From contig JAAOMT010000290.1 of assembly GCA_016748015.1 (NCBI GenBank), positions 2,927-12,732 on the forward strand: a stretch of DNA of 9,806 nucleotides, given 5' to 3'. Source of the DNA: Geosiphon pyriformis uo1 (taxonomy: Eukaryota > Fungi > Glomeromycota). Under the pieces are notes generated by a model. It had not been told where the DNA came from, did no database searches, and saw only the letters and a list, made by a program, of their open reading frames with translations. This document shows, one piece after another, positions 9,207 through 9,806 of this stretch. Position 1 is the stretch's first letter. Each line of letters begins with the position of its first letter. A program made the position numbers and the translations under genes.

Positions 9207-9806
9207 TTAGGGATAGGGATAGGGATAGGGATAGGGATAGGAATAGAGATAAGAATAGAGATAGGGATAGAGATAGAGATAGAGATAGAGATAGAGATAA
9301 GGATAGGGATAGGGTTTGGGTTTGGGTTAGGGTTAGGGTTAGGGTTAGGGTTAGGGTTAGGAATAGGGATAGGGATATTTATAGGGATATTTATAGGGAT
9401 ATTTATAGGGATATTTATAGGGATAGGGATATTTATAGGGATAGGGATATTTATAGGGATAGGGATAGGGATAGGGATAGGGATAGGGATATTTATAGGG
9501 ATAGGGATATTTATAGGGATAGGGATATTTATAGGGATAGGGATAGGGATAGGGATAGGGATATTTATAGGGATAGGGATAGGGATAGGGATAGGGTTAG
9601 GGTTAGGGTTAGGGTTAGGGTTAGGGTTAGGGTTAGGGTTAGGGTTAGGGTTAGGGTTAGGGTTAGGGTTAGGGTTAGGGTTAGGGATAGGGATAGGGAT
9701 AGGGATAGGGATAGGGATAGGGATAGGGATAGGGATAGGGATAGGGATAGGGTTAGGGTTAGGGATAGGGATAGGGTTAGGGTTAGGGATAGGGATAGGG
9801 ATAGGG
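9207..9806 (+). repeat. Telomeric array of 100 in-phase hexamers, G-rich strand running to the window end
   Basis: Hand count: 52 ATAGGG, 25 TTAGGG, 10 ATATTT, 2 TTTGGG, 1 TTAGGA and 10 G>A variants of ATAGGG. The orientation is that expected at a right chromosome end. Confidence 0.93.

Noticed and set aside
9363-9596. CRISPR-like or coding interpretation of the patterned repeat
   Set aside because: It consists only of 6-bp units with no unique spacers, in a eukaryotic telomere context.

Overview
AT-rich eukaryotic chromosome end, probably fungal. The translated remnants resemble Glomeromycotina retroelement proteins as I recall them; this is unverified. Almost the whole window is one dead Ty3/Gypsy-type LTR retrotransposon on the minus strand. 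Its order is gag with a CCHC knuckle, aspartic protease, Cys-rich spacer, dUTPase, a dUTPase-like relic, RT, RNase H split by an in-frame insert of about 260 codons, integrase with a GPY/F tail, an extra 3' ORF and a candidate 3' LTR. It was inactivated mainly by C>T/G>A transitions. The element is cut inside gag, where a 600-bp telomeric array begins at a GGTTAG seed. The array is 100 in-phase hexamers mixing ATAGGG, TTAGGG and an odd ATATTT unit. A 449-bp duplication flanks a 20-N gap and is probably an assembly overlap. No intact gene is present. All translations outside the ORF track were done by hand.
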